36,474 nt of DNA from a virus, in IMG/VR virus record IMGVR_UViG_3300037310_000190, positions 1 to 36,474 of that record. The stretch is one strand, 5' to 3'. Under the pieces are notes generated by a model. The model was not told the origin of the DNA, searched no databases, and saw only the letters and a list, made by a program, of their open reading frames with translations. The number at the start of each line of letters is the position of its first letter. Positions within the stretch are counted from its first letter, which is position 1. A program made the position numbers and the translations under genes. Shown piece by piece: positions 1 through 7,160 of this stretch.

Positions 1-127
1 AGGGATGGCATGTCGTCGGACCAGACGTGATCACTGGAGATCGCGGATGGGGAGTCAGCGATGACGACGGCTGCTATCGAGGCACTCCTCGCGTGGACGG
101 CTGGGCGATCGAGGAGTTTGATCGCAT
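1..127. repeat. Terminal overlap copy 1: identical to 36348-36474. Indicates contig circularisation; unique genome length 36347 bp.
   Basis: Base-by-base comparison of both ends shows 127/127 identity. The overlap falls inside an open reading frame. Confidence 0.95.
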
Positions 128-968
128 CGAGTCATTCATACCGTGTTGGCGAAGCGGCGGCGGGGAGTGGTGTACTCTCGACCGCGACGAACTGGAGACA
201 TCTCTAGAGCGAGCGGCCAATGGCGTAGACCACGGGTCCGAGCCCACGTGGGAGGACGTGGAGCGGGGAGATATGGACGACGCGGATGATGCAGTGTACA
301 TCGTCCGAGACGGCGCTGTCGTGCGCCTCGATATCGTCACTGGCGGAGTGGCGTCTGTATTAGACAGCTACACCGACGATGTGCGACACTACGCCACGGC
401 GTGGTCCCACTCTGAGAGTGGTGATGTGTACGAGTCTCGCATGGATGTCATAGACGACATACAGAGCGAGAGCGATACCGGACGCATCTACGCTGACGAG
501 AGCGTAGCGCGTGCGGCGCTAGTAGCGCTGTGCTCAGATACTCATGGCGAGCCTGAGATGTCGCACGGATGCGACGATGAGGGATTTTTCCTCGCGTCGT
601 CGGACGACGAGCGCTATCATCCTACCTCGGATGAGCTAGCCGAGGTGTATCGAAGCGGGTGGTCAGCGATCGCAGACGTAGTCGCTGACGCGCTCGGGAG
701 GCGTGCGGCGCGCGCGCTATTGCGCGAGTGGCAGCGCGAAATGGATGCGATCATATCGGAGCGCGACCCGTTCGTTGGGGTGGATGATTCGGTGGCTGCT
801 GGCAATTGCCGTCAAGGCACCAGCGTATTTCGCGAGCGCATCGAGCGTCATCTGCATCTGCAGTCTGGCTGCATCGGCGCAGTGCGAGCCAGCGTCATAT
901 TGTCTCTGCGCGATGACGCGTACACACGGAGAGCCTGCCGCCAGGCAGCTCGCAGGCTGGCCGAGTAG
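1..968 (+). CDS. 3' part of a junction-spanning gene (36083..36347 joined to 1..968, about 410 aa). Acidic early protein with an Arg-rich C-terminal domain; function unknown.
   Basis: The frame of ORF 27..968 stays open upstream through base 1 and through 36347 back to the ATG at 36083. The product is very D/E-rich, and the 313 aa shown in the ORF track contain no lysine. The antisense ORFs look like GC-rich shadow frames. Confidence 0.8.
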   Translation, partial: GWHVVGPDVITGDRGWGVSDDDGCYRGTPRVDGWAIEEFDRIESFIPCWRSGGGEWCTLDRDELETSLERAANGVDHGSEPTWEDVERGDMDDADDAVYIVRDGAVVRLDIVTGGVASVLDSYTDDVRHYATAWSHSESGDVYESRMDVIDDIQSESDTGRIYADESVARAALVALCSDTHGEPEMSHGCDDEGFFLASSDDERYHPTSDELAEVYRSGWSAIADVVADALGRRAARALLREWQREMDAIISERDPFVGVDDSVAAGNCRQGTSVFRERIERHLHLQSGCIGAVRASVILSLRDDAYTRRACRQAARRLAE

Positions 969-970
969 TT

Positions 971-1069
971 CACTCCGTCGTCGCGTGTGAGCCCGAGCGC
1001 GACGGTGAGGCCGAATCGGGCTCGCTGGGTGCGGGCGTATCGCATTAGACCGCTGGCCAGCGGGGCGCG
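971..1069 (+). repeat. 99-nt structured element, copy A. Its partner is at 35940-36038.
   Basis: About 92/99 positions are identical to copy B. It contains a GC-rich hairpin (978-985 pairs with 998-1005, 12-nt loop) and a 14-bp perfect palindrome, CCGCTGGCCAGCGG, at 1050-1063. It starts directly after a stop codon. Confidence 0.85.
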
Positions 1070-1103
1070 TGGGAATAAATCACATGTAGAGGTGAAAAAA
1101 AAA

Positions 1104-1271
1104 ATGGATAGCTCACAACGGGAGCTATACCTGCTGATCATGGTGAGGCTTTATATGGGATTTATTCCCGATGGGGCAGGTATGGCATTTATCGAGAGGA
1201 TGCGTGCGAGATATGTGTCTGGCACGGCAAGGCTAGACAAAATGGCGAGGAAATTAGTGGGGTCGAGATAA
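1104..1271 (+). CDS. Possible small protein (55 aa), function unknown.
   Basis: ATG is preceded by GAGGTG and an A10 run, and it lies in the only lower-GC gap of this region. There is no recognisable motif, so the coding call is weak. Confidence 0.3.
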   Translation: MDSSQRELYLLIMVRLYMGFIPDGAGMAFIERMRARYVSGTARLDKMARKLVGSR

Positions 1272-1296
1272 TAGAGAAGTTCATTGGGGGTATCGT

Positions 1297-2049
1297 ATGA
1301 ATCTAATTACTAGGAGATCCTTCGCGGGCGCACTATCCAGCATGTTTGCTGGCGCTGGCGTCGCGGCAGAGGTCGTGCATGCACTCACGGAGCGAACGAT
1401 GGCGGGCGACGTCGCCACGCTAGTCAAGTGCATCGACCTGTTTGGCGCGCAGGCTGTAGCAGAGCTCATCATGGAGACGCCGGGTGATGTCGATCCGGCC
1501 GCTATTTTGCGAAAGGCCAACCGCCAACGCAACAAGCGGCGACGACACGAGGCAGCGGCGCGGAGGCGCGAAGCACACGCTGGGACGGAGGTGCTGTATC
1601 GTGGACCGCTGAGAGTAGCGCAGACTATGGACGGACGCGAGGTGCGGTCATCCGTGACCCGCCGTCGCGTGTGGGTGGGAAATACCGATCGAGAGTACGT
1701 CATCCGTGGAATTGGCGTACCGCGAGACGCGCGGAAGGCCATTGTCGACATAAACGTCGAACGCGATGGGTCTATCGTCCGCGATGTAGAGACGGTGGAA
1801 GTACGCAACGTGACCGTTCCGCGGGGGTCCCGCGTGCTGATCGATATGCGGCATGGGATGCGGCATGAGGTGTGGGCGTGCGAGCTGGTGAGGACTCGCG
1901 CTGGCCACGTCCGGCTGCATCTCTGGCAGGGTGCGACGGGACGCACCCTGGATGAAACCACTCCATCGCTCGCAGGTGGCGTAGTGTATGTGACGAGCGA
2001 GACGCGCAGGGTCGGGTTGCTGGGCCTACCTCTCGAGGAGAAATCGTGA
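1297..2049 (+). CDS. Protein with an N-terminal twin-arginine (Tat) signal peptide; mature part unknown and Arg-rich.
   Basis: The N-terminus MNLITRRSFAGALSSMFAGAGVAAEVVHA matches S/T-R-R-x-F, followed by a hydrophobic h-region and a VHA cleavage-like site. GGGGGT lies upstream of the ATG. The opposite-strand ORF 1281-2054 is S/R/T/P-rich shadow. Confidence 0.75.
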   Translation: MNLITRRSFAGALSSMFAGAGVAAEVVHALTERTMAGDVATLVKCIDLFGAQAVAELIMETPGDVDPAAILRKANRQRNKRRRHEAAARRREAHAGTEVLYRGPLRVAQTMDGREVRSSVTRRRVWVGNTDREYVIRGIGVPRDARKAIVDINVERDGSIVRDVETVEVRNVTVPRGSRVLIDMRHGMRHEVWACELVRTRAGHVRLHLWQGATGRTLDETTPSLAGGVVYVTSETRRVGLLGLPLEEKS

Positions 2050-2396
2050 TGCAAATCTCAAAGCGCGCTGATGGGCGCGGGCATTGGCCTAAGGGCAAGC
2101 CGCGCCGCCGTCGCGGCGTCGATGCATCAGCGTTCATCCGTGCCCTGCGGAAGGAGTTCGGCCTGTCGAGACTAGCGGAGGCAGCCGGATGCCACCACTG
2201 CACGGTGCGTCAGTGGATGGAAGGTCGCGACTGGCCTACGCTGGAGCGGCTGGAGACGATAGTTGATCGTCTCTTTCCCGTGGTCCTTCGCAGCGGGTCG
2301 CTGCCGATCAAGGGGTGTGTGTTGTATTTGGGCGTGGGGCAGTACACGCGCCAAAGCAGTAGAGGAGGAGAAGCCGATGGGCGTGGGGACGACTGA
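2046..2396 (+). CDS. Cro/C1 (XRE)-type helix-turn-helix DNA-binding protein.
   Basis: The segment FGLSRLAEAAGCHHCTVRQWMEGRDWPTLERLETIV fits the XRE HTH pattern. The start (GTG 2046 or ATG 2049) overlaps the upstream stop. Confidence 0.7.
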   Translation: MMQISKRADGRGHWPKGKPRRRRGVDASAFIRALRKEFGLSRLAEAAGCHHCTVRQWMEGRDWPTLERLETIVDRLFPVVLRSGSLPIKGCVLYLGVGQYTRQSSRGGEADGRGDD

Positions 2397-2529
2397 AATT
2401 CTAATCGTATGCGGAGTGTTCGTGCTGTTATTTGGCAGCACGCAATTGCCAAAATTAGCCCGATCGATTGGGCAAAGTATCGTGGAACTCCGAAAAGGAA
2501 TTAGTGGTGAGGAGGAAACAAATGACTAA
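2377..2529 (+). CDS. tatA: TatA/TatE-like twin-arginine translocase subunit (50 aa).
   Basis: MGVGTTEILIVCGVFVLLFGSTQLPKLARSIGQSIVELRKG has the TatA layout: short N-terminus, a TM helix with a polar Glu, an FG hinge, then an amphipathic helix of the xxLPxLxRSxGxxxxExxKG type. GAGGAGGAG sits 7 nt upstream of the ATG at 2377. The ORF track starts this frame too early, at 2263. Confidence 0.8.
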   Translation: MGVGTTEILIVCGVFVLLFGSTQLPKLARSIGQSIVELRKGISGEEETND

Positions 2530-2668
2530 CGGCGATGGAGCGCAGATCGGGGCGAGGGAGCATGCATTTGCGATTGCGCAGAGGTGAAGGTGAATAATAA
2601 TTTTAACAAGATATCATCTACTCGCAGCGTGTGATTGGGCCGAGAGTAACGAGCCGCTGCATGGCCGT

Positions 2669-3412
2669 GTGTACCGACAGAACCAGTGGGATTGCGGGAC
2701 CGCGTGTTCATTGCACGGCGCCGCGCATCTGATCGCGACTGGTCATCCTGCCGTCGAAGGGCCAACCTCCGACGACTACAGAGATTTGCCAGATCACGTA
2801 CGCGATGGCGTGCTGTCTGTGCTGTATTCGCCAGGTGGTACGCCCGATTTACTCAGGCGCGTGCTCGATAGACGTATTCGTATTGGCGCGGATGTCGAGC
2901 TGCGCAACGGGGCCAGAATTATTGATGGGGCTGTCATCGGCTCGCGAACATGGATCGGGCCGAGGGTATGTATCGAAGCGGGAGTATGGATTGAAGATGA
3001 ATCGAAGATTGGCGAAGGAGTGCAGATCGGCGAGGCAGCACGTATACGATTGCGCGTACAGCTCACTGCAAGAGTCAATGTTGGAGACAAGGCATTGATC
3101 GGCGACGACGCTTTCGTCGGCGAAGGCGCGCAAATTGGCCAGTGCGCTGTGATTGGCGATGGGGCAGAGATCGGCGCCAGATCAATGATCGGCGTGGGAT
3201 CAATGATCGGCAATGGCGCAGTGATCGGCTACGGATCTGCGATTGGCAATGTGGTATTGATCCGCGCGCGGGCAGTGATCGGCAGGATGGCAAAGGTTGG
3301 CTCGCTGGCAGTGATCGGCAGTGGCGCATTGATCGGCGAGGGAGCAGTGATCGGCGATGGATCGCAGATCGGCGCGGGGGCGATTGTCGGCAAGCGAGAA
3401 AGGGTACGATAG
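2669..3412 (+). CDS. Hexapeptide-repeat (left-handed beta-helix) protein.
   Basis: It carries more than 20 consecutive [LIV]-G-x4 hexapeptides, for example IGDDAFVGEGAQIGQCAVIGDGAEIGARSMIGVGSMIGNGAVIG. There is no in-frame ATG near the 5' end, so the start (GTG 2669 or later) is uncertain. Confidence 0.75.
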   Translation: MYRQNQWDCGTACSLHGAAHLIATGHPAVEGPTSDDYRDLPDHVRDGVLSVLYSPGGTPDLLRRVLDRRIRIGADVELRNGARIIDGAVIGSRTWIGPRVCIEAGVWIEDESKIGEGVQIGEAARIRLRVQLTARVNVGDKALIGDDAFVGEGAQIGQCAVIGDGAEIGARSMIGVGSMIGNGAVIGYGSAIGNVVLIRARAVIGRMAKVGSLAVIGSGALIGEGAVIGDGSQIGAGAIVGKRERVR

Positions 3413-3474
3413 CTGTTATTCGCAAGCTCGCAGACATCGGCGGTGATCTGTGCGAGTGGGACATGGGGATATAA

Positions 3475-4254
3475 ATGACTAATTATCACGAGGACACATC
3501 ATCGGTATCTAGGACTATGCTAAATGTATTTTGTGATAGTCCGAAAATGTATTATCATAATTTCATATCGCGCGACATCCCGCGCCGTGCGTCAACGACT
3601 CGAATGGCCGTGGGGACGGTGGCGCATGCGGTAATCTGCGAGGACAAGTCGCTGGAGGAATTGGTCGCGGAATATCCAGACGACTGTTACACTCAGGCAG
3701 AGATTCCCACATTACATGCAGTGCGCGCTGCTAGATTTCGTGAAGAAAACGCTGGCCGTGTGGTGCTCAAACACACTGAGGCGCAGAAGCTGAGGGAATG
3801 TATCGAGACGATTTTGGGGCACAGTGTGATATTGTCTCTTCGCAGCGCGAAGATAAAAGAGCAGAGATACGACGCCGTCGTGTGCGACGTGAGATGCAGG
3901 GCGAGGCCTGATATAGTGCTAGAGGACGAGCTGGTCGACCTGAAGTTTGGCGAGTGTATCGATCCAGTGTCGTTTGCGCGATTGGCAAAGAACCTGAGAT
4001 ATTGGCTGCAAGACGCGCACTACAGCGCTGTGGTAGGGACACGATCATTTCGATTTATCGCAGTCGAGACAGAGAGACCGTACCGAGTGCAAGAGTATTG
4101 GTATTCGGAAGAATCGCGAGCTGCGGCGCGACGATGGCACGCGAACAAGTTGGCCGAGCTGCGGCGCGCATACGATACTGGTGACTGGTCTGATCGATGG
4201 TGCTCAGAGATAACGGCCTGGATTCCAGAGAGCAATGAAATATGGTTGGGGTAA
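3475..4254 (+). CDS. PD-(D/E)XK (RecB/Cas4-like) exonuclease.
   Basis: The motifs RPDIV...ELVDLKF (D...ExK) and YWLQDAHYSAV (QxxxY) are present. GGGGAT RBS. This is the usual position for a phage recombination exonuclease. Confidence 0.8.
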   Translation: MTNYHEDTSSVSRTMLNVFCDSPKMYYHNFISRDIPRRASTTRMAVGTVAHAVICEDKSLEELVAEYPDDCYTQAEIPTLHAVRAARFREENAGRVVLKHTEAQKLRECIETILGHSVILSLRSAKIKEQRYDAVVCDVRCRARPDIVLEDELVDLKFGECIDPVSFARLAKNLRYWLQDAHYSAVVGTRSFRFIAVETERPYRVQEYWYSEESRAAARRWHANKLAELRRAYDTGDWSDRWCSEITAWIPESNEIWLG

Positions 4255-4257
4255 TTT

Positions 4258-4638
4258 ATGACAGAATTTACAAATCAACAATTTTTGCGCGCTGAAGACA
4301 TGTTGATTGAAGGCGCGTACAAGAGCCGGACTCTAAAAATTGTGGATGTCCTAAGCCTTGTACCGCTTACTCGGCGACTTGAGCCCTACTCAGGATATGC
4401 GCTAGTGTTTGAGAATTGCTGCAAGGTCCTGGGGCTGGGATTGACGAATGAGCAAGTGATAAAAATTGTGGCCGGTGATGCTAGGCCGCAAAAGTGGATC
4501 GGGGTGACCGTGACAATCGAGGTACGTCGAGTGCGTGGGAAACATCGTGGCGAGAGTCAGCCCGCGATTCGAATTATTCCAGTTGCTGGGACTGTTCTGC
4601 GATCGGGTCTTATTCGAGAACTGGGTGAATCCTGGTGA
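4258..4638 (+). CDS. Hypothetical protein (126 aa).
   Basis: The ORF is tightly packed, starting 4 nt after the upstream stop. No motif recognised. Confidence 0.7.
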   Translation: MTEFTNQQFLRAEDMLIEGAYKSRTLKIVDVLSLVPLTRRLEPYSGYALVFENCCKVLGLGLTNEQVIKIVAGDARPQKWIGVTVTIEVRRVRGKHRGESQPAIRIIPVAGTVLRSGLIRELGESW

Positions 4639-4656
4639 CAACGAGGAGGAATAGCC

Positions 4657-5349
4657 ATGAGTCATATCAGTGAGATTAGCGCATTAGCAACACGGGCTAA
4701 CGAATGTGCGGCATTAGCGCAATCGTCTGCTATGTCTGCCGTGGAGCATGCGATCGAAGCGGGACACGCGCTAATCCGCGCGAAGGAACTCTGTGGACAT
4801 GGCAGATGGACGACATGGCTAGAGCAAAATTTTCGCTATAGCGCGCGGACGGCTGCCGCGTTTATGTTGATCGCAAGACAGGGCAATCCACGAGTTCAGT
4901 CGATTCGCGAATGTCTAGCCCAGATTGTGGAATTACCCGCTCAATTGGAGCATATAGAACCCTCCTATGCCGATGACGAATCGGGTGAGGAATGCGAAAA
5001 CTCCAGCAAATTTGATACATCTACCACCACACTGGAGGATTTCGGGACACTCTCAAATCGGAAGCGCGCTTCCGATTTGAGCGGGGTGCCAGATGGACCA
5101 GACGAGGGGCCGGAGAAACTGGCTGCGGCGATCAATGGCGCGGCGACGATATGCGATCGACTGATCGACGTGCTGCAAAAGCTGTCGGAGAAGTCGGGCG
5201 GCGAGTGGATCGACGTGGCGTTTATCGTGGGCGAATTGCGCACGATAAAATCACATATTCGAGGCTCGGTGTATGCGCGAAAATGCTGCGACGCCGGGTG
5301 CAAGAAATGTAGAAAGACAGGATGGATTCCAAAATCAAGGGCGAAGTGA
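4657..5349 (+). CDS. DUF3102-like protein with a C-terminal Cys cluster.
   Basis: The N-terminal segment AIEAGHALIRAKELCGHGRWTTWLEQNFRYSARTAAAFMLIA matches the DUF3102 pattern as I remember it. GAGGAGGA RBS. The C-terminus is CCDAGCKKCRKTG. Confidence 0.7.
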   Translation: MSHISEISALATRANECAALAQSSAMSAVEHAIEAGHALIRAKELCGHGRWTTWLEQNFRYSARTAAAFMLIARQGNPRVQSIRECLAQIVELPAQLEHIEPSYADDESGEECENSSKFDTSTTTLEDFGTLSNRKRASDLSGVPDGPDEGPEKLAAAINGAATICDRLIDVLQKLSEKSGGEWIDVAFIVGELRTIKSHIRGSVYARKCCDAGCKKCRKTGWIPKSRAK

Positions 5350-7160
5350 GAATGAATTTGCTCTGGGAAGACGATATCGAGCTATCGGAAGAAAAGATAG
5401 CTGAGGTAGCAGCGCAGCAGATAGTGATTCGCGACTACCAGCAAGAAGCGGTCGCGAGCGTATTTGATGAGTGGTCCCGGGTGCGATCTACCCTGCTTTG
5501 CTTGCCCACGGGGACGGGCAAAAGTGTATGCTTTTCCGAAATTATGAAGCAATGGAATGGCGAAAGGATGATGCTGATTGCGCACCGAAAAGAGCTAATC
5601 TACCAGGCCGTCGGACATGCTACGCGAGCCGGTCTATCGTGCGGGATCGAGATGGCGCATCGCTACGCCAAGCCGACCGATCGCGTGGTTGTGTCATCGA
5701 TTCAGACGCTGATTTCTAGGTATCGATGCCGAGCCTGTCGCGGTGATGATTGCGAAGTCTGCGGCGGCAGCGGTAAGGTGAAGCGATTCACTCGATTTAA
5801 TCGTGACGAATTTGGCCTCGTCGTCATCGACGAAGGTCATCACGCTACCGCCAAATCCTATCGATCTGTTCTCGCTTGGTTTGATCGGTGTAAGCATCTT
5901 TTGGTCACGGCGACCCCAAAACGAACGGATAAGGTCGGGCTGCATAATGTATGCGACTCGACAGCGTATTCCATGACGCTACGTCAGGCGATTGATCTTG
6001 GTTGGCTGGTCCCTGTCCGGCAAAGATATGTCACCGTGAAAGGACTTGACCTAGAGTCTGTGAGCATCGTGGGAGGTGACCTAGACGATGGCGAACGTGA
6101 GCGGGCGTATCTAGGAGATAGCGACGAACGCGAGGATAGCCTGTTGCATGGTGTCGCGAAACCGTTCCTGGCTGAACTGAAATCAGAGCAAGGTATCATC
6201 TTTGCGTCTGGACAAGAGCACGCGAAAAAGCTCACAGCGGCACTGAATTCTTATCCAGGAGTCTATGCGGCGTGCGTGCTCGACGACACTCTACCAGCAG
6301 ATCGAGAGCGAATTGTAGACGAGTTTCGGCGCGGAACAATTCGCATACTAGTTAATTGCATGGTATTTGCTGAGGGTTTCGATGCGCCGGCAACAAGCGT
6401 GATAGGTAATTGCCGACCGACCAAAAGTCAGACGATTTTGGCACAATTCATCGGTCGCGGTACAAGGCCTCTGCCGGGTGTGGTCGATGGTCCACTGACG
6501 CCCGAAGAACGCAAGCAGGCTATCGCAAATAGCGCGAAGCCACGCTGCCTAGTGCTCGATTTTGTCGGGGCAACGGGTCGGCTGAGGCTGGCCACAACTG
6601 TGGATTTACTTGCGGGCGACGATGTAGATCCGATCGATTTAGAGGAGGCTGTGAGGGTCTCGCGAGAAGAAGGGGATGTAGATCCTGTGGAAGCGCTCGA
6701 GCGCGCGAAAGCTGCGAGAAAAGAGAGAGAGCGCGCGAAAGAAGCAGAGAAATTGCTTGTCACAAAGCGGCGAGCAGCATCTATTGAGTACAGCGCGGAC
6801 GAGGTGGATGACACGGAATTTGAATCATATCATCAAACAATCAGGCGTGATTCAATTACGCGCGGCCAACTAAATCTACTCGTGCGACGCCTTGGCTATA
6901 ATGCGTCGAAGATCAAGCACTTGTCAAAAAAAGCAGCCAGCCGCGAGATCACTAAGGCGCTAGCGATCGCGCGTGGCAAGGCAAAAAAATCATATCAGGA
7001 TAGGTTTCAGACCGCGCAGACGATGGGCGATCTGCATTGCATCGGCGGGCAGATTAAGCGCGCGATCGAGTACGGAGATGTGGTAATGAAGGATGCCGGG
7101 TTGCAGCAACAACTGCGAGAGTCGTTTCGTAAACGCGCGAAAGAATTGAGGGGCTCATGA
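5322..7160 (+). CDS. Superfamily-2 DEAD/DEAH-type helicase with an inserted zinc knuckle.
   Basis: Walker A is LPTGTGKS, motif II VVIDEGHH, motif III TATP and motif VI QFIGRGTR. The insert is CRACRGDDCEVCGGSG. An alternative start is the ATG at 5352, 3 nt after the upstream stop. Confidence 0.9.
   Translation: MDSKIKGEVRMNLLWEDDIELSEEKIAEVAAQQIVIRDYQQEAVASVFDEWSRVRSTLLCLPTGTGKSVCFSEIMKQWNGERMMLIAHRKELIYQAVGHATRAGLSCGIEMAHRYAKPTDRVVVSSIQTLISRYRCRACRGDDCEVCGGSGKVKRFTRFNRDEFGLVVIDEGHHATAKSYRSVLAWFDRCKHLLVTATPKRTDKVGLHNVCDSTAYSMTLRQAIDLGWLVPVRQRYVTVKGLDLESVSIVGGDLDDGERERAYLGDSDEREDSLLHGVAKPFLAELKSEQGIIFASGQEHAKKLTAALNSYPGVYAACVLDDTLPADRERIVDEFRRGTIRILVNCMVFAEGFDAPATSVIGNCRPTKSQTILAQFIGRGTRPLPGVVDGPLTPEERKQAIANSAKPRCLVLDFVGATGRLRLATTVDLLAGDDVDPIDLEEAVRVSREEGDVDPVEALERAKAARKERERAKEAEKLLVTKRRAASIEYSADEVDDTEFESYHQTIRRDSITRGQLNLLVRRLGYNASKIKHLSKKAASREITKALAIARGKAKKSYQDRFQTAQTMGDLHCIGGQIKRAIEYGDVVMKDAGLQQQLRESFRKRAKELRGS

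Noticed and set aside
1-127. The terminal repeat as a biological direct terminal repeat or LTR of a mobile element.
   Set aside because: It interrupts an open reading frame, has no distinctive end structure, and its length of 127 nt looks like an assembler k-mer overlap. Lambda-type GpA terminase and portal genes also point to cos ends rather than DTRs. This remains testable with read data.
987-1103. The 5' portion of ORF 987-1271, which starts inside repeat copy A.
   Set aside because: The reading frame through the repeat is not preserved in copy B, the start is a GTG without an RBS, and the translation is Arg/Ala-rich. Only the distal 55 codons, from the ATG at 1104, are a weak coding candidate.
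1281-2054. 257-aa minus-strand ORF covering the Tat-signal gene. There are similar long antisense ORFs at 22218-22799, 34328-35059 and 35497-36243.
   Set aside because: Their translations are monotonous S/R/P/T/A-rich strings, typical of shadow frames opposite GC-rich genes. They have no RBS context, break the otherwise strict co-orientation, and the plus-strand frames carry recognisable motifs.
2263-2376. The N-terminal 38 codons of the track ORF 2263-2529 as part of the TatA-like protein.
   Set aside because: That part overlaps the HTH gene in another frame and is Cys/Trp/Arg-rich. The internal ATG at 2377 has a strong GAGGAGGAG RBS and yields a canonical-length TatA.
2880-3400. Dense recurrence of GATCGGC-like words as a DNA-level repeat or iteron array.
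   Set aside because: It is explained by codons for the I-G-x4 hexapeptide repeat of the beta-helix protein, and the periodicity follows the reading frame.
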